This document shows, piece by piece, positions 1-9,520 of a DNA stretch of 41,065 bases. Where the stretch lies: contig JAZLET010000022.1 of assembly GCA_045615405.1 (NCBI GenBank), positions 1 to 41,065 on the forward strand, read 5' to 3'. Position 1 is the stretch's first letter. Each line of letters starts with the position of its first letter. The notes below the pieces were generated by a model. It had not been told where the DNA came from. It searched no databases and saw nothing but the letters and a program-made list of their open reading frames with translations. Origin of the DNA: Candidatus Fimenecus sp. (GTDB lineage: Bacteria; Bacillota; Clostridia; Oscillospirales; Acutalibacteraceae). A program made the translations under genes and the position numbers.

Positions 1-172
1 TATGATTATAAGAAAATTTAATTATCTTTTCAATGATTATTACAAAAGTGCAATAAATAACTGCATTATTGCAAGAAAAATAAATAAAAATATTTGAAAA
101 AAACTATTGGAAAATTGAACAATATGTTATATAATATACTAAATATTATCATTATAAGGGGAGGTAGGCGTT

Positions 173-1141
173 TTGGCTTCAAAATATTCAGTTTCTTTAG
201 ATAAAATTATTAACGAATTCGGTCTTGAAATAATATATTTACCTTGTGACGCATCTGAACTTTCAATCACTTCTCAGGAGGTTAATAGACCAGGATTGTT
301 ACTTGCAGGTAACGATAAATACTTTGACCCTGCTAGAGTACAATATCTTGGTTTTTCGGAGTATGAGTTTGTAAAATCTTTTACAAAAGAAGAACAACTC
401 CAGTGTATGGAGCGTCTTTTCAGTAAACAACCATCACTTGTAATGATTACAAGAAGTATGGAACCACTTGATGGTATGATTGATGCGGCTAAAAAGTATA
501 AAGTTCCAATTTTAAGAACAGCCGAAGCAACATCAGCAAGTATGTCAACGCTTATCTATTTCCTTGGTACTGCATTAGCACCTCGTATTACACGTCACGG
601 TGTTCTTGTTGAAGTTTATGGTGAAGGTGTATTAATTGTTGGCGATAGTGGTGTAGGTAAAAGTGAAACTGCTATTGAGCTTATTAAACGTGGTCATCGT
701 CTTATTGCTGATGATGCAGTTGAAATTAGAAAAGCGTCAGCAAAAACACTTGTTGGCTCTGCACCAGATAACATCCGTCATTTTATTGAACTTCGCGGAA
801 TAGGAATTATAAATGCACGTCGTCTTTTTGGTATGGGTGCTGTTAAGCTTACTGAAAAAATCAATATGGTTATTCAACTTGAGCCATGGGACAGTACAAA
901 GGTTTATGACCGTATGGGTCTTGATAATGAATACATAACAATTATGGATGTTAAAATCCCATTAACAGTAGTTCCTGTTAAACCTGGTCGTAATCTTGCG
1001 GTAATTATTGAGTGTGCTGCAATGAATAATAGACAAAAGAAAATGGGCTATAATGCAGCTCGTGAGCTTCTTCATCATCTTGGTATGGATGATGGTTATG
1101 AGCCAAACTCAAAAGAAATTGACATTTGGCAAAATTATTAA
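173..1141 (+). CDS. hprK: HPr kinase/phosphorylase
   Basis: P-loop GDSGVGKSETAIELIKRGHRLIADD is typical of HprK. Length is 322 aa. TTG start lies downstream of AAGGGGAGG (156-164). Confidence 0.9.
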   Translation: MASKYSVSLDKIINEFGLEIIYLPCDASELSITSQEVNRPGLLLAGNDKYFDPARVQYLGFSEYEFVKSFTKEEQLQCMERLFSKQPSLVMITRSMEPLDGMIDAAKKYKVPILRTAEATSASMSTLIYFLGTALAPRITRHGVLVEVYGEGVLIVGDSGVGKSETAIELIKRGHRLIADDAVEIRKASAKTLVGSAPDNIRHFIELRGIGIINARRLFGMGAVKLTEKINMVIQLEPWDSTKVYDRMGLDNEYITIMDVKIPLTVVPVKPGRNLAVIIECAAMNNRQKKMGYNAARELLHHLGMDDGYEPNSKEIDIWQNY

Positions 1142-1163
1142 TTTTTAGAAAGAGGGTATATTA

Positions 1164-2069
1164 GTGTATAACGAAATCGCACTATTTGCTGAGAATATGG
1201 GTGCTGAAGTAATTAAGAATGCACCTATGAAAAAATACACAAGCTTTAAATGTGGCGGTAATGCAAGCGTTCTCATTATACCTAATTCTATTGATTGCCT
1301 TAAAAAAATAATTAATTTTTGCTATTCAAAAAATGTTAATCCATTGATTATTGGTAACGGCTCAAATCTACTTGTTACCGATAATGGTATTAACGGAGTT
1401 GTCATAAAAATCGGCTCACAAATGTCAAAGATGGAGTTGCTTGACGAAACTACAATTTATTGTGAAGCAGGTGCATCGTTAAAATCACTTTGTATGTTTG
1501 CTTTAGATAATGAACTTTCAGGTTTGGAATTCGCCTATGGTATTCCTGGTACTCTTGGTGGCGCAGTTTATATGAATGCAGGTGCTTACGGCGGAGAAAT
1601 GAAGGATGTACTTTTTAGTACTACTCATATTGATTTAACTGGCAATGTTGGTGAGTTATCACAAGAAAATTTAAACTTAATATATCGTGGTAGTGCTTAT
1701 ACTGATAACAATTACACAATAGTTTCCGCAGTAATGAAGCTTAAAAAAGCAAGTAAAACTGAAATCAAAGCTGCAATGGATGATAAACTACAAAGAAGAA
1801 AAGATAAGCAACCTTTAGAGTATCCAAGTGCAGGTAGTACATTTAAACGTCCTGTTGGGTATTTCGCAGGGGCACTTATTGAAGAAAGTGGACTTAAGGG
1901 TTACACAGTTGGCGGTGCTCAGGTTAGCGAAAAACATGCCGGTTTTGTAATAAATAAAGATAATGCAACAACAACTGATGTTATTAATCTCATTCGTGAT
2001 GTGCAAAAAATTGTTTACGAGAAGCACGGTGTAATGCTTGAAACTGAAGTTAAAATTATAGGGGAGTAA
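1164..2069 (+). CDS. murB: UDP-N-acetylenolpyruvoylglucosamine reductase
   Basis: FAD-binding N-terminus (FKCGGNA, GNGSNLL) and C-terminal PSAGSTFKRP and GGAQVSEKHAGFVIN motifs. GTG start follows AGAGGG. Confidence 0.9.
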   Translation: MYNEIALFAENMGAEVIKNAPMKKYTSFKCGGNASVLIIPNSIDCLKKIINFCYSKNVNPLIIGNGSNLLVTDNGINGVVIKIGSQMSKMELLDETTIYCEAGASLKSLCMFALDNELSGLEFAYGIPGTLGGAVYMNAGAYGGEMKDVLFSTTHIDLTGNVGELSQENLNLIYRGSAYTDNNYTIVSAVMKLKKASKTEIKAAMDDKLQRRKDKQPLEYPSAGSTFKRPVGYFAGALIEESGLKGYTVGGAQVSEKHAGFVINKDNATTTDVINLIRDVQKIVYEKHGVMLETEVKIIGE

Positions 2070-2082
2070 GGAGGAGTAAAAA

Positions 2083-2943
2083 ATGCAACTTGTTATAGTA
2101 ACAGGTATGTCAGGCGCAGGTAAATCAAGAGCTATTGATACTCTTGAGGATATTGGATTTTTTTGCGTTGATAATATGACTCCAAAACTTATTCCTACAT
2201 TTGTTCAACTACTTAATGACACCGCTGAGGTGCGTGAGAAGGTTGCAATTGTTGCTGATATTCGTCTTGGTGGCTCTTTTGCGCAGCTTTTTAGCGCTAT
2301 TGAAGAGCTTAAGGCAATGGAATGCAACTACAAAATTCTTTTCATTGATGCTGATAATGATGTGATTTTGAGAAGATATCAAGAAACACGTAGAAAGCAT
2401 CCGTTGCTTAATTATGATGATTCACATACTTTGCAAGAAATTATTAGTAAAGAGCGTGAAATACTTAAAAAAGCAAGAAATATTGCAGATTATGTAATTG
2501 ATACATCTTTAATTTCTCCTGCACAGTTAAAAGAACGTGTAGCAAAACTTTTTCTTGAAGATTTAACAGCAACTCTTAAGGTTAATGTTATTTCATTTGG
2601 GTTTAAATATGGTTCACCAAAGGATTCTGATTTGGTGTTTGATGTTCGTTGTCTGCCAAATCCGTTTTATGTGCCAGAACTTAAAAATCATACAGGGCTT
2701 GAAGCACCTGTTCGCGATTATGTTATGAGCTTTAAAGAGGCTCGGGATTTAGAACCTAAACTTCTTGATTTAATCAATTATTTAGTTCCACTTTATAGAA
2801 GTGAAGGTAAAAGTCAGGTAACCATTTCGGTTGGTTGTACAGGTGGTAAACACCGTTCCGTAGTTTTTGCGGAAATTATTTATAATTCAGTTAAAGAAAA
2901 AGGATTCAATGTTTCAGTCTACCATAGAGACATTATAAGATAG
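2083..2943 (+). CDS. rapZ: RNase adapter / nucleotide-binding protein RapZ (YvcJ family)
   Basis: Walker A VTGMSGAGKS, C-terminal GCTGGKHRSV, 286 aa. Confidence 0.88.
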   Translation: MQLVIVTGMSGAGKSRAIDTLEDIGFFCVDNMTPKLIPTFVQLLNDTAEVREKVAIVADIRLGGSFAQLFSAIEELKAMECNYKILFIDADNDVILRRYQETRRKHPLLNYDDSHTLQEIISKEREILKKARNIADYVIDTSLISPAQLKERVAKLFLEDLTATLKVNVISFGFKYGSPKDSDLVFDVRCLPNPFYVPELKNHTGLEAPVRDYVMSFKEARDLEPKLLDLINYLVPLYRSEGKSQVTISVGCTGGKHRSVVFAEIIYNSVKEKGFNVSVYHRDIIR

Positions 2944-2953
2944 GATTTTTAAT

Positions 2954-3856
2954 ATGTCATTTTCAGCAAATGTAAAAAATGAAATATTAAGTGTTGAACT
3001 TGAAAACGAGTGTTGTCTTCATGCTTTTGCATATGGAATGATGCTTTTTTCAAGAGCATTTTCGTCTTATGATATGTCAATTCTTACTGAAAATAGTGGA
3101 ATTGCCGAGAAATATCTTGAGCTTATGAAAAAAGTTTGTAAGGTTAATGCTAAACTGGTTAAAACCGAAGCAGGTAAGTTTAAGGTTGAAGTTGTAAGTG
3201 AAGATGAAAGATATAAGGTGCTTGATACTTTTGGTTATGATAAAAAAAGTACAGCTTCTAGATTAAATTGGGCAAACTTTTCTGACGAGTGTTGTAAAAC
3301 TGCTTTTTTAAAGGGTGTGTTTCTTACTTGTGGCACAGTTAATGACCCTAATAAAAGCTATCATTTAGAGTTTGTTGTTCCTTATCTCAACTTAAGTAAA
3401 GATTTGAAGTTATTCATAAATGATTATGACCAGTTATCAGTAAAACCACGTAGCATTGTTAGAAATTCTAATCATGTTATTTATTTTAAAGATAGTGAAG
3501 CTATTGAAGATATACTGACTGTTATGGGCGCTGTAAATTCGTCTTTAGAAATTATGGGTGTAAAGATGTATAAGGATATGCGTAATAATGTAAATAGAAA
3601 GCTTAACTTTGAAAACGCTAACCTTGATAAAACTCTTGATGCATCAACAAAACATATTCAAGCAATTATACATATAAAAGATACTGTAGGACTTTCATAT
3701 CTTTCTGATGAGCTTCGTGAAGTGGCAGAGCTGAGGTACGAAAATCCTGATATGTCTTTACGTGAATTAGGTAGTAAACTTAAAGTTCCTATTTCACGCT
3801 CAGGTGTAAATCATAGACTTGCAAAGATTTGCAAGATTGCCGAACAAATAAAATAA
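2954..3856 (+). CDS. whiA: DNA-binding sporulation/cell-division regulator WhiA
   Basis: Length of 300 aa, degenerate LAGLIDADG-like core, and a C-terminal HTH (ISRSGVNHRL). It sits right after rapZ. Confidence 0.85.
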   Translation: MSFSANVKNEILSVELENECCLHAFAYGMMLFSRAFSSYDMSILTENSGIAEKYLELMKKVCKVNAKLVKTEAGKFKVEVVSEDERYKVLDTFGYDKKSTASRLNWANFSDECCKTAFLKGVFLTCGTVNDPNKSYHLEFVVPYLNLSKDLKLFINDYDQLSVKPRSIVRNSNHVIYFKDSEAIEDILTVMGAVNSSLEIMGVKMYKDMRNNVNRKLNFENANLDKTLDASTKHIQAIIHIKDTVGLSYLSDELREVAELRYENPDMSLRELGSKLKVPISRSGVNHRLAKICKIAEQIK

Positions 3857-3879
3857 TTACGGATTTTAGGGTGAAAAAG

Positions 3880-4476
3880 ATGAGAAAAGCAGAAGATTTT
3901 TTAATTCCATTTGAAACAACTGAATATGGAAAAAAGGATGAAAATAAATCGTGGCGATTTGTTTATGATTGGCTTGATTCCTTGATTTATGCAATAATTC
4001 TTATTTTAATAATATTTGCATTTTTCTTTAGAGTTGTAGGTGTAAATGGTGACTCAATGAATCCAACCTTAAAATCGGGTGATTGGCTTACTGTTAGTGC
4101 AATAACAACTGAGGTTGAAAGAGGCGACATTGTTGTTATTACCCAACCTAACTCACTTAATGAACCGCTTATTAAACGCGTTATAGCAAAGGGTGGCGAC
4201 AAAATCAATATTGATTATATTGAAGGTACTATCACCGTAAATGGTATGACATTATATGAGCCATACATTACTGAGCAAATTGAAGCTGCAGGTGATTTTG
4301 TTTATCCATTAGAAATTCCTGAGGGCTATATTTTTGTAATGGGTGATAATAGAAATGATTCTCTTGATAGCCGTTTTAAAGTTATCGGTTTAATTGATGA
4401 GCGTTACGTTTTAGGCGTTGCAAACGCAAGAATTTATCCGTTTGGTGATTGGAATATTAATGATGAAAAAAAATAA
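3880..4476 (+). CDS. lepB: signal peptidase I
   Basis: N-terminal TM segment, catalytic GDSMNPTL and KRVIAKGGD, and GDNRNDSLDSR. The ORF-track start 3829 overlaps whiA. ATG 3880 (or GTG 3871) is more plausible. Confidence 0.85.
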   Translation: MRKAEDFLIPFETTEYGKKDENKSWRFVYDWLDSLIYAIILILIIFAFFFRVVGVNGDSMNPTLKSGDWLTVSAITTEVERGDIVVITQPNSLNEPLIKRVIAKGGDKINIDYIEGTITVNGMTLYEPYITEQIEAAGDFVYPLEIPEGYIFVMGDNRNDSLDSRFKVIGLIDERYVLGVANARIYPFGDWNINDEKK

Positions 4477-5008
4477 ACAACTACTTGAAACAATATATGA
4501 AATGGCATCTATTATACTAACCTCAATCTTAGCGGTTGGTGTTATATTTACATTCTTTTTTAAGATTTCTATTGTTTCTGGTCAGTCTATGGAAAATACA
4601 TTAAAACATGGCGATAACCTGATAATAAGTTCAATTACAACTAAAATTAATCAAGGTGATGTTGTTGTTATTTCACAACCTAATGGTTATGAAAAAGTAC
4701 TTATTAAAAGAGTTATTGCAGTTGGCGGACAAACAGTTGCTTTTGATAAGACAACTGGTGAAACAGTAGTAGATGGTGTTAAAATTAACGAACCATATGT
4801 TAAAGAAGATATCAAATGTAATTACTCTATGATGAGGGAATATGTTGTACCATACGGCAAAGTATTTGTAATGGGTGATAATCGCAACCATTCTGCTGAT
4901 AGTCGTGATGTTGCAGTAGGTATGATAGATGAAGATTATATAATGGGAAAAGTAATTTATCGTATGGGTGATAACACCTTATTTGAGAAGGAGACCACAA
5001 ATGGCTGA
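4460..5008 (+). CDS. signal peptidase I (second tandem copy)
   Basis: TM segment, GQSMENTL, KRVIAVGG and GDNRNHSADSR. The ATGATG start at 4460 overlaps the previous gene by 17 nt. TGA stop. Confidence 0.85.
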   Translation: MMKKNKQLLETIYEMASIILTSILAVGVIFTFFFKISIVSGQSMENTLKHGDNLIISSITTKINQGDVVVISQPNGYEKVLIKRVIAVGGQTVAFDKTTGETVVDGVKINEPYVKEDIKCNYSMMREYVVPYGKVFVMGDNRNHSADSRDVAVGMIDEDYIMGKVIYRMGDNTLFEKETTNG

Positions 5009-5867
5009 TAATCAAAAGCAAATTGTTCAATGGTTTCCTGGGCATATGGCAAAAACCCGCCGTCTTATAAAAGAAAGCTTATCGCTTGTTGATGGCGTGA
5101 CTGAAATCATTGATGCAAGAATTCCGTATAGTAGTTCAAATCCTGAGCTTGAAGAAATAATTAATAATAAACCAAGAATTGTATTGCTCAATAAATGTGA
5201 TTTAGCTGACAAAACAACAACAAGTCAGTGGGTAGAGTTTTACAAGAAAAAAGGAGTTACTGCAATTCCTGTTGATTGTAGAACTGGTAAGGGTTTAAAT
5301 AATTATATTATAGCTGTTCGCGAAGTGCTTAAGGATGTCATAAAAAAGAACGAAGATAGAGGAATGCCAGGTAAAGCGCTACGCATTATGGTTGTTGGTA
5401 TTCCTAATACTGGTAAATCTTCATTCATTAATAGAATGGCAGGGGCAGCAAAAGCAAAGGTTGCTGATAAAGCAGGTGTTACAAGGCATAATCAGTGGTT
5501 TAATATTGGTAATGGCATTGAACTTCTTGATACGCCTGGTGTGTTATGGCCTAAATTTGATGACCCGCAAGTTGGTGATAGACTTGCTTTTATTGGTTCA
5601 GTAAAGGATGAAATTCTTGATGCCGAAACGCTTGCAATAAGACTTTTAGAGGTTATGAAAAATAATTATCCTGAAAGACTTGCTGAAAGATATAAAATTA
5701 CTGATTTTACCGACAAAGAAGCATGGGAAGTTCTTGAACTTATTGGTAAAAAACGCGGTATGATGATTAAAGGCGGAGAAATTGATTACGAAAGAGCATC
5801 GGTAATGCTACTTGATGAATATCGTGGTGGAAAACTCGGCACAATTTCTCTTGAAAAACCGGAGTAA
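5001..5867 (+). CDS. rbgA: ribosome biogenesis GTPase A (YlqF/RbgA)
   Basis: WFPGHMAK N-terminus, circularly permuted GTPase motifs (NKCDL, GIPNTGKSS, DTPG). ATG 5001 overlaps the upstream TGA (ATGGCTGA). Confidence 0.88.
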   Translation: MADNQKQIVQWFPGHMAKTRRLIKESLSLVDGVTEIIDARIPYSSSNPELEEIINNKPRIVLLNKCDLADKTTTSQWVEFYKKKGVTAIPVDCRTGKGLNNYIIAVREVLKDVIKKNEDRGMPGKALRIMVVGIPNTGKSSFINRMAGAAKAKVADKAGVTRHNQWFNIGNGIELLDTPGVLWPKFDDPQVGDRLAFIGSVKDEILDAETLAIRLLEVMKNNYPERLAERYKITDFTDKEAWEVLELIGKKRGMMIKGGEIDYERASVMLLDEYRGGKLGTISLEKPE

Positions 5868-5870
5868 AAT

Positions 5871-6476
5871 ATGGATTATTTATTTGAACAAAATGCAAAA
5901 AATGCTGGTTATAAAGTAATTTGCGGTATTGATGAGGCAGGTCGTGGGCCATTAGCTGGTCCTGTGTATGCTGCAGCGGTTATTTTACCTTTGGGAATTG
6001 AAATAGAAGGTCTTAATGACTCAAAAAAACTCAGCGAAAAAAAGCGTGAACAGTTATATGATATAATTTGTGAAAAAGCTATTGATTACTCAATCGGTGT
6101 TGCAACTGAAAAAGAAATTGATGAAATTAATATTCTTAATGCAACTTTTCTTGCAATGCATAGAGCGGTTGAAGGTTTAAAAATAAGGCCTGACTATGCT
6201 TTGATTGATGGTAATCAATATCCTAAAATTCCTTTTGTTACTGAAGAAACAGTTGTAAAAGGCGATGCAAAAAGTATGTCAATAGCGGCTGCATCAATTT
6301 TAGCAAAAGTTGGTCGTGACCGTTTTATGCTCCAACAAACAAAAGAATATCCACAATATGAATTTGAAAAACATAAAGGTTATGGCACAAAACTTCACTA
6401 TGAAAAAATCCGTGAATATGGTCCATCTCCAATACATAGAATGTCGTTTTTAAAGAAATTTTATGGTGAAAAATAA
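5871..6476 (+). CDS. rnhB: ribonuclease HII
   Basis: GIDEAGRGPLAGPV and DSKKLS motifs, 201 aa. Confidence 0.9.
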   Translation: MDYLFEQNAKNAGYKVICGIDEAGRGPLAGPVYAAAVILPLGIEIEGLNDSKKLSEKKREQLYDIICEKAIDYSIGVATEKEIDEINILNATFLAMHRAVEGLKIRPDYALIDGNQYPKIPFVTEETVVKGDAKSMSIAAASILAKVGRDRFMLQQTKEYPQYEFEKHKGYGTKLHYEKIREYGPSPIHRMSFLKKFYGEK

Positions 6477-6841
6477 TGGATGCAAAAATGTTGGGTAGCT
6501 ATGGTGAAATTATAGCGTCGCGATATCTTCGTAAACACGGATACTTTATAGTTTCAGCAAACTATTCTTGCCGGTTAGGTGAAATTGACTTAATTGCCGA
6601 AGATAAAAAATATATATGCTTTGTTGAAGTTAAAACACGAAGTGAAAATATGAAATATGCACCATCTGATGCGGTAGATGTAGCTAAGCGTACTAAAATT
6701 ATTGCAACATCACAATTCTTTTTAAAGGATTATAAATTAAAAAGACAACCACGTTACGATATTGTTGAGGTGTATTTTGAAAATGGTGAGCCGTTAAAGG
6801 TCAACCATATTGAAAATGCGTTTGATTCTAATGCAAAGTAA
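6476..6841 (+). CDS. YraN-family (UPF0102) endonuclease-like protein
   Basis: GEIDLIA ... FVEVKTR motif, 121 aa. It follows rnhB with a TAATG overlap. Confidence 0.8.
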   Translation: MDAKMLGSYGEIIASRYLRKHGYFIVSANYSCRLGEIDLIAEDKKYICFVEVKTRSENMKYAPSDAVDVAKRTKIIATSQFFLKDYKLKRQPRYDIVEVYFENGEPLKVNHIENAFDSNAK

Positions 6842-6844
6842 TTG

Positions 6845-6873
6845 TTGAAAAACAGTTTTTTATATGATAAAAT
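6845..6873 (+). promoter_or_regulatory. sigma-A-type promoter for thrC
   Basis: TTGAAA (6845-6850), 17-nt spacer, TGaTAAAAT extended -10 (6868-6873). Confidence 0.5.
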
Positions 6874-6897
6874 ACCACACGAAAAGGATGTGTTACT

Positions 6898-8391
6898 ATG
6901 TTTTATACAAGTACAAGAGATAAATCTGTAAAGGTTACAGCAGCTGAAGCAATTGCTAAGGGTATTTCTTCAGAGGGCGGACTTTTTGTTCCAACTGAAA
7001 TTCCACAAATTTCTCTTGAGTTTATACAAAAACTTGTACCAATGAGTTATATTGAAAGAGCGAAAGAGGTATTAAGGCTTTACCTTACTGATTTTACTGA
7101 AGAAGAACTTTCAATGTGTGTTGAAGGCGCTTATAAAGCAGGAAAATTCAGTTCAGATAAGGTTGCACCATTATACAAGCTTTCTAACACAGCAAATGTG
7201 CTTGAATTATGGCGTGGTCCTACTTGCGCATTTAAAGATATGGCACTTCAACTTCTTCCATATCTTCTTACAGTTTCCGCAAATAAAACAGTTAAAGATA
7301 CTGAAATTGTAATTCTTGTTGCAACCTCAGGTGATACAGGTAAGGCAGCGCTTGAAGGCTTTGCTGATGTTCCAAATACAAAAATCCTTGTATTTTATCC
7401 TGTAGACGGCGTTAGCCCAATGCAAAAACTTCAAATGACTACTCAAGAGGGTAGTAATGTTAGCGTTTGTGCTATTGAAGGTAACTTTGATGATGCTCAA
7501 TCAGGCGTTAAGAAAATCTTTACTGATAAAGATATTGAGAAGAAATTTAAGGAAAATGGACTCGCATTCTCATCAGCAAATTCAATTAACTGGGGTCGTC
7601 TTGTTCCACAAATTGTTTACTATGTATCAGCGTATTGTGATATGCTTCAAAATGGTGAGCTTAAAAATGGCGAAGAAATGAATGTGGTTGTTCCAACAGG
7701 TAACTTTGGTAATATTCTTGCTGCTTATTACGCAAAGAGAATGGGAGTGCCAGTAAAAACTCTTATTTGCGCATCAAATGCAAATAATGTTCTTACTGAT
7801 TTCCTTACTAGTGGTACCTATGATAAGAATAGAGATTTCTATTGTACAACTTCTCCATCAATGGATATTCTTATTTCAAGCAATCTTGAAAGACTTCTTT
7901 TCCACCTTTGTGGCGAAAATGATGTTCAGGTAGCTGAGTGGATGTCTTCTCTTAATAACGATGGTAAATACACAGTGTCAGCAGATGTTGCTGATAAAGT
8001 TAAGGCGTTATTTGCAGCAGGTTGTTGTGATGATGCTGAAACAAAAGAAACAATCGGTAAAGTATTTGCTGACAAAAATTACCTTTGTGATACTCATACT
8101 GCAGTTGCCGTTAAGGTTTATGATGATTATGTAGCAAATACAGGTGATAAAACACCTACTGTTATTGCATCAACAGCAAATCCATATAAGTTCTCAGCAA
8201 GCGTACTTTCAGCAATTACCGATAAAGTTGAAGCTGATAATGAATTTGATATGGTTGAAGAATTATTTGCAAAATCTAACGAACCAGTTCCACCGCAACT
8301 TGCTACTCTTAAAGGCAAAACACCTCGTTTTACAGGTGTTGCAAAGAAAGAGGATATGAAACAAGTAGTGTTTGATATGTTAGGAATATAA
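6898..8391 (+). CDS. thrC: threonine synthase (long form)
   Basis: PLP-lysine context PTCAFKDMALQ, TSGDTGKAA, 497 aa. Confidence 0.88.
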   Translation: MFYTSTRDKSVKVTAAEAIAKGISSEGGLFVPTEIPQISLEFIQKLVPMSYIERAKEVLRLYLTDFTEEELSMCVEGAYKAGKFSSDKVAPLYKLSNTANVLELWRGPTCAFKDMALQLLPYLLTVSANKTVKDTEIVILVATSGDTGKAALEGFADVPNTKILVFYPVDGVSPMQKLQMTTQEGSNVSVCAIEGNFDDAQSGVKKIFTDKDIEKKFKENGLAFSSANSINWGRLVPQIVYYVSAYCDMLQNGELKNGEEMNVVVPTGNFGNILAAYYAKRMGVPVKTLICASNANNVLTDFLTSGTYDKNRDFYCTTSPSMDILISSNLERLLFHLCGENDVQVAEWMSSLNNDGKYTVSADVADKVKALFAAGCCDDAETKETIGKVFADKNYLCDTHTAVAVKVYDDYVANTGDKTPTVIASTANPYKFSASVLSAITDKVEADNEFDMVEELFAKSNEPVPPQLATLKGKTPRFTGVAKKEDMKQVVFDMLGI

Positions 8392-8405
8392 CACAATAAA
8401 AACTA

Positions 8406-8439
8406 ATGCGGAAGCTATTTTCTTTGTTGGCTTCCGCAT
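8406..8439. terminator. bidirectional rho-independent terminator
   Basis: 10-bp perfect stem ATGCGGAAGC/GCTTCCGCAT with an A-run on the left and a T-run on the right. It lies between the convergent thrC and the DUF1540 gene. Confidence 0.75.
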
Positions 8440-8449
8440 TTGAGTTTAA

Positions 8450-8614
8450 TTATTCTACGTCTTTTGTGTTAAGCTTGAAAGTAGCACATCTTGTATCATC
8501 GCAAGAACAAGCACTGTGTGTACCTACTTTAATACCATCTGCAGTACAATTCATATGACCATCGTTAAAAATGCAATGACAAGCATCACAAGTTATATTT
8601 CTATTTTTATCCAT
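8450..8614 (-). CDS. small Cys/His-rich DUF1540-like protein
   Basis: Pattern C-x2-C-x-C ... NCTADGIKVG ... C-x-C ... TRCATF resembles DUF1540 as I recall it. Strong AAAGGAGGAA lies 6 nt before ATG 8614, so the ORF-track start 8632 is unlikely. Confidence 0.55.
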   Translation of the reverse strand: MDKNRNITCDACHCIFNDGHMNCTADGIKVGTHSACSCDDTRCATFKLNTKDVE

Positions 8615-8680
8615 TATTATTCCTCCTTTCATTCTTATTTTTTGAAAGTAAGGCGCTATTATTCATAGGAGTTTTTTATT

Positions 8681-9370
8681 ATGTCAATTTATGCAATCGG
8701 TGATACTCATTTATCGTTTTCAACCCCAAAGCCCATGGATATTTTCAAGGGCTGGGATGACTATGCCCAAAGACTCCAAAATAATTGGCAAAACTTAATT
8801 AAAGATGAAGATACCGTGGTAATTAATGGTGACATTTCTTGGGCAATGGGATTAGAAGAAGTTGAAAAAGATTTAGAGTTTCTCAATAGCTTGAATGGGA
8901 CAAAAATCATTTCAAAAGGCAACCACGATTATTGGTGGAATACAATTACAAAAATGGAAAAGTTTTGTAAAGAAAAGGGCTTTGATACTATAAAGTTTTT
9001 GCACAATAACGCATATAAAATAGGGGATATTGCAATAGCAGGTACTCGCGGTTGGTTTTTTGATGCCGAAAGTGAAAATGATGATAAAGTTATGGCTCGT
9101 GAGTGTGCAAGATTACAACGCTCTATTGATGAGGCAAAAAAATTAGGTGGTGAAGTGGTTGTATTTTTACACTATCCGCCTGTTAGTACAGCAAAAATTT
9201 GCGAACCTATTTTAAATGTGCTTAAAGAAAATAATATTAGTAGATGTTATTATGGACATCTTCATGGCGGAGCAATAAAAGGCGCAATAAATGGTGAATT
9301 TGAATGTATTAAATTTAGGCTGATTTCAGCTGATTACTTAAATTTTACTCCGCTATTTATAAATAAATAG
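8681..9370 (+). CDS. calcineurin-like metallophosphoesterase
   Basis: GDTHL, GDISW, GNHDYWW, HYPP and GHLHG metal-ligand motifs. Confidence 0.75.
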   Translation: MSIYAIGDTHLSFSTPKPMDIFKGWDDYAQRLQNNWQNLIKDEDTVVINGDISWAMGLEEVEKDLEFLNSLNGTKIISKGNHDYWWNTITKMEKFCKEKGFDTIKFLHNNAYKIGDIAIAGTRGWFFDAESENDDKVMARECARLQRSIDEAKKLGGEVVVFLHYPPVSTAKICEPILNVLKENNISRCYYGHLHGGAIKGAINGEFECIKFRLISADYLNFTPLFINK

Positions 9371-9431
9371 TTTAAAAACTTAAATTCATGACTATTTTAC
9401 TGGATTTTTTAATAAAAAATTTTGGAAAATA

Positions 9432-9460
9432 TTGTATTTATAATAATTATATGCTATAAT
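9432..9460 (+). promoter_or_regulatory. sigma-A-type promoter for tig
   Basis: TTGTAT (9432-9437), 17-nt spacer, TGcTATAAT extended -10 (9452-9460). Confidence 0.5.
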
Positions 9461-9520
9461 ATTGTGAATATTGCGGTATGAAAAATACGGTAAACAATAA
9501 TATTCAGGAGGAATATTTTA

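Noticed and set aside
1-172. Hairpin TGCAATAA-N9-TTATTGCA and possible promoter upstream of hprK
   Set aside because: The stem is short and AT-rich with no T-tract. I could not pair any TTGAAA/TTGAAC hexamer with a correctly spaced -10, so I do not call it.
3829-3879. N-terminal extensions proposed by the ORF track (3829, 4418, 4968, 8632, 13992, 15414, 22902, 25500, 35440, 39580)
   Set aside because: Each extension overlaps the upstream gene, promoter or SD. In every case an internal ATG, GTG or TTG with a well-spaced Shine-Dalgarno gives a product whose N-terminus matches the family.
6347-6354. DnaA-box-like TATCCACA
   Set aside because: It is a single partial copy inside rnhB with no cluster and no AT-rich unwinding element, so there is no evidence of an origin.
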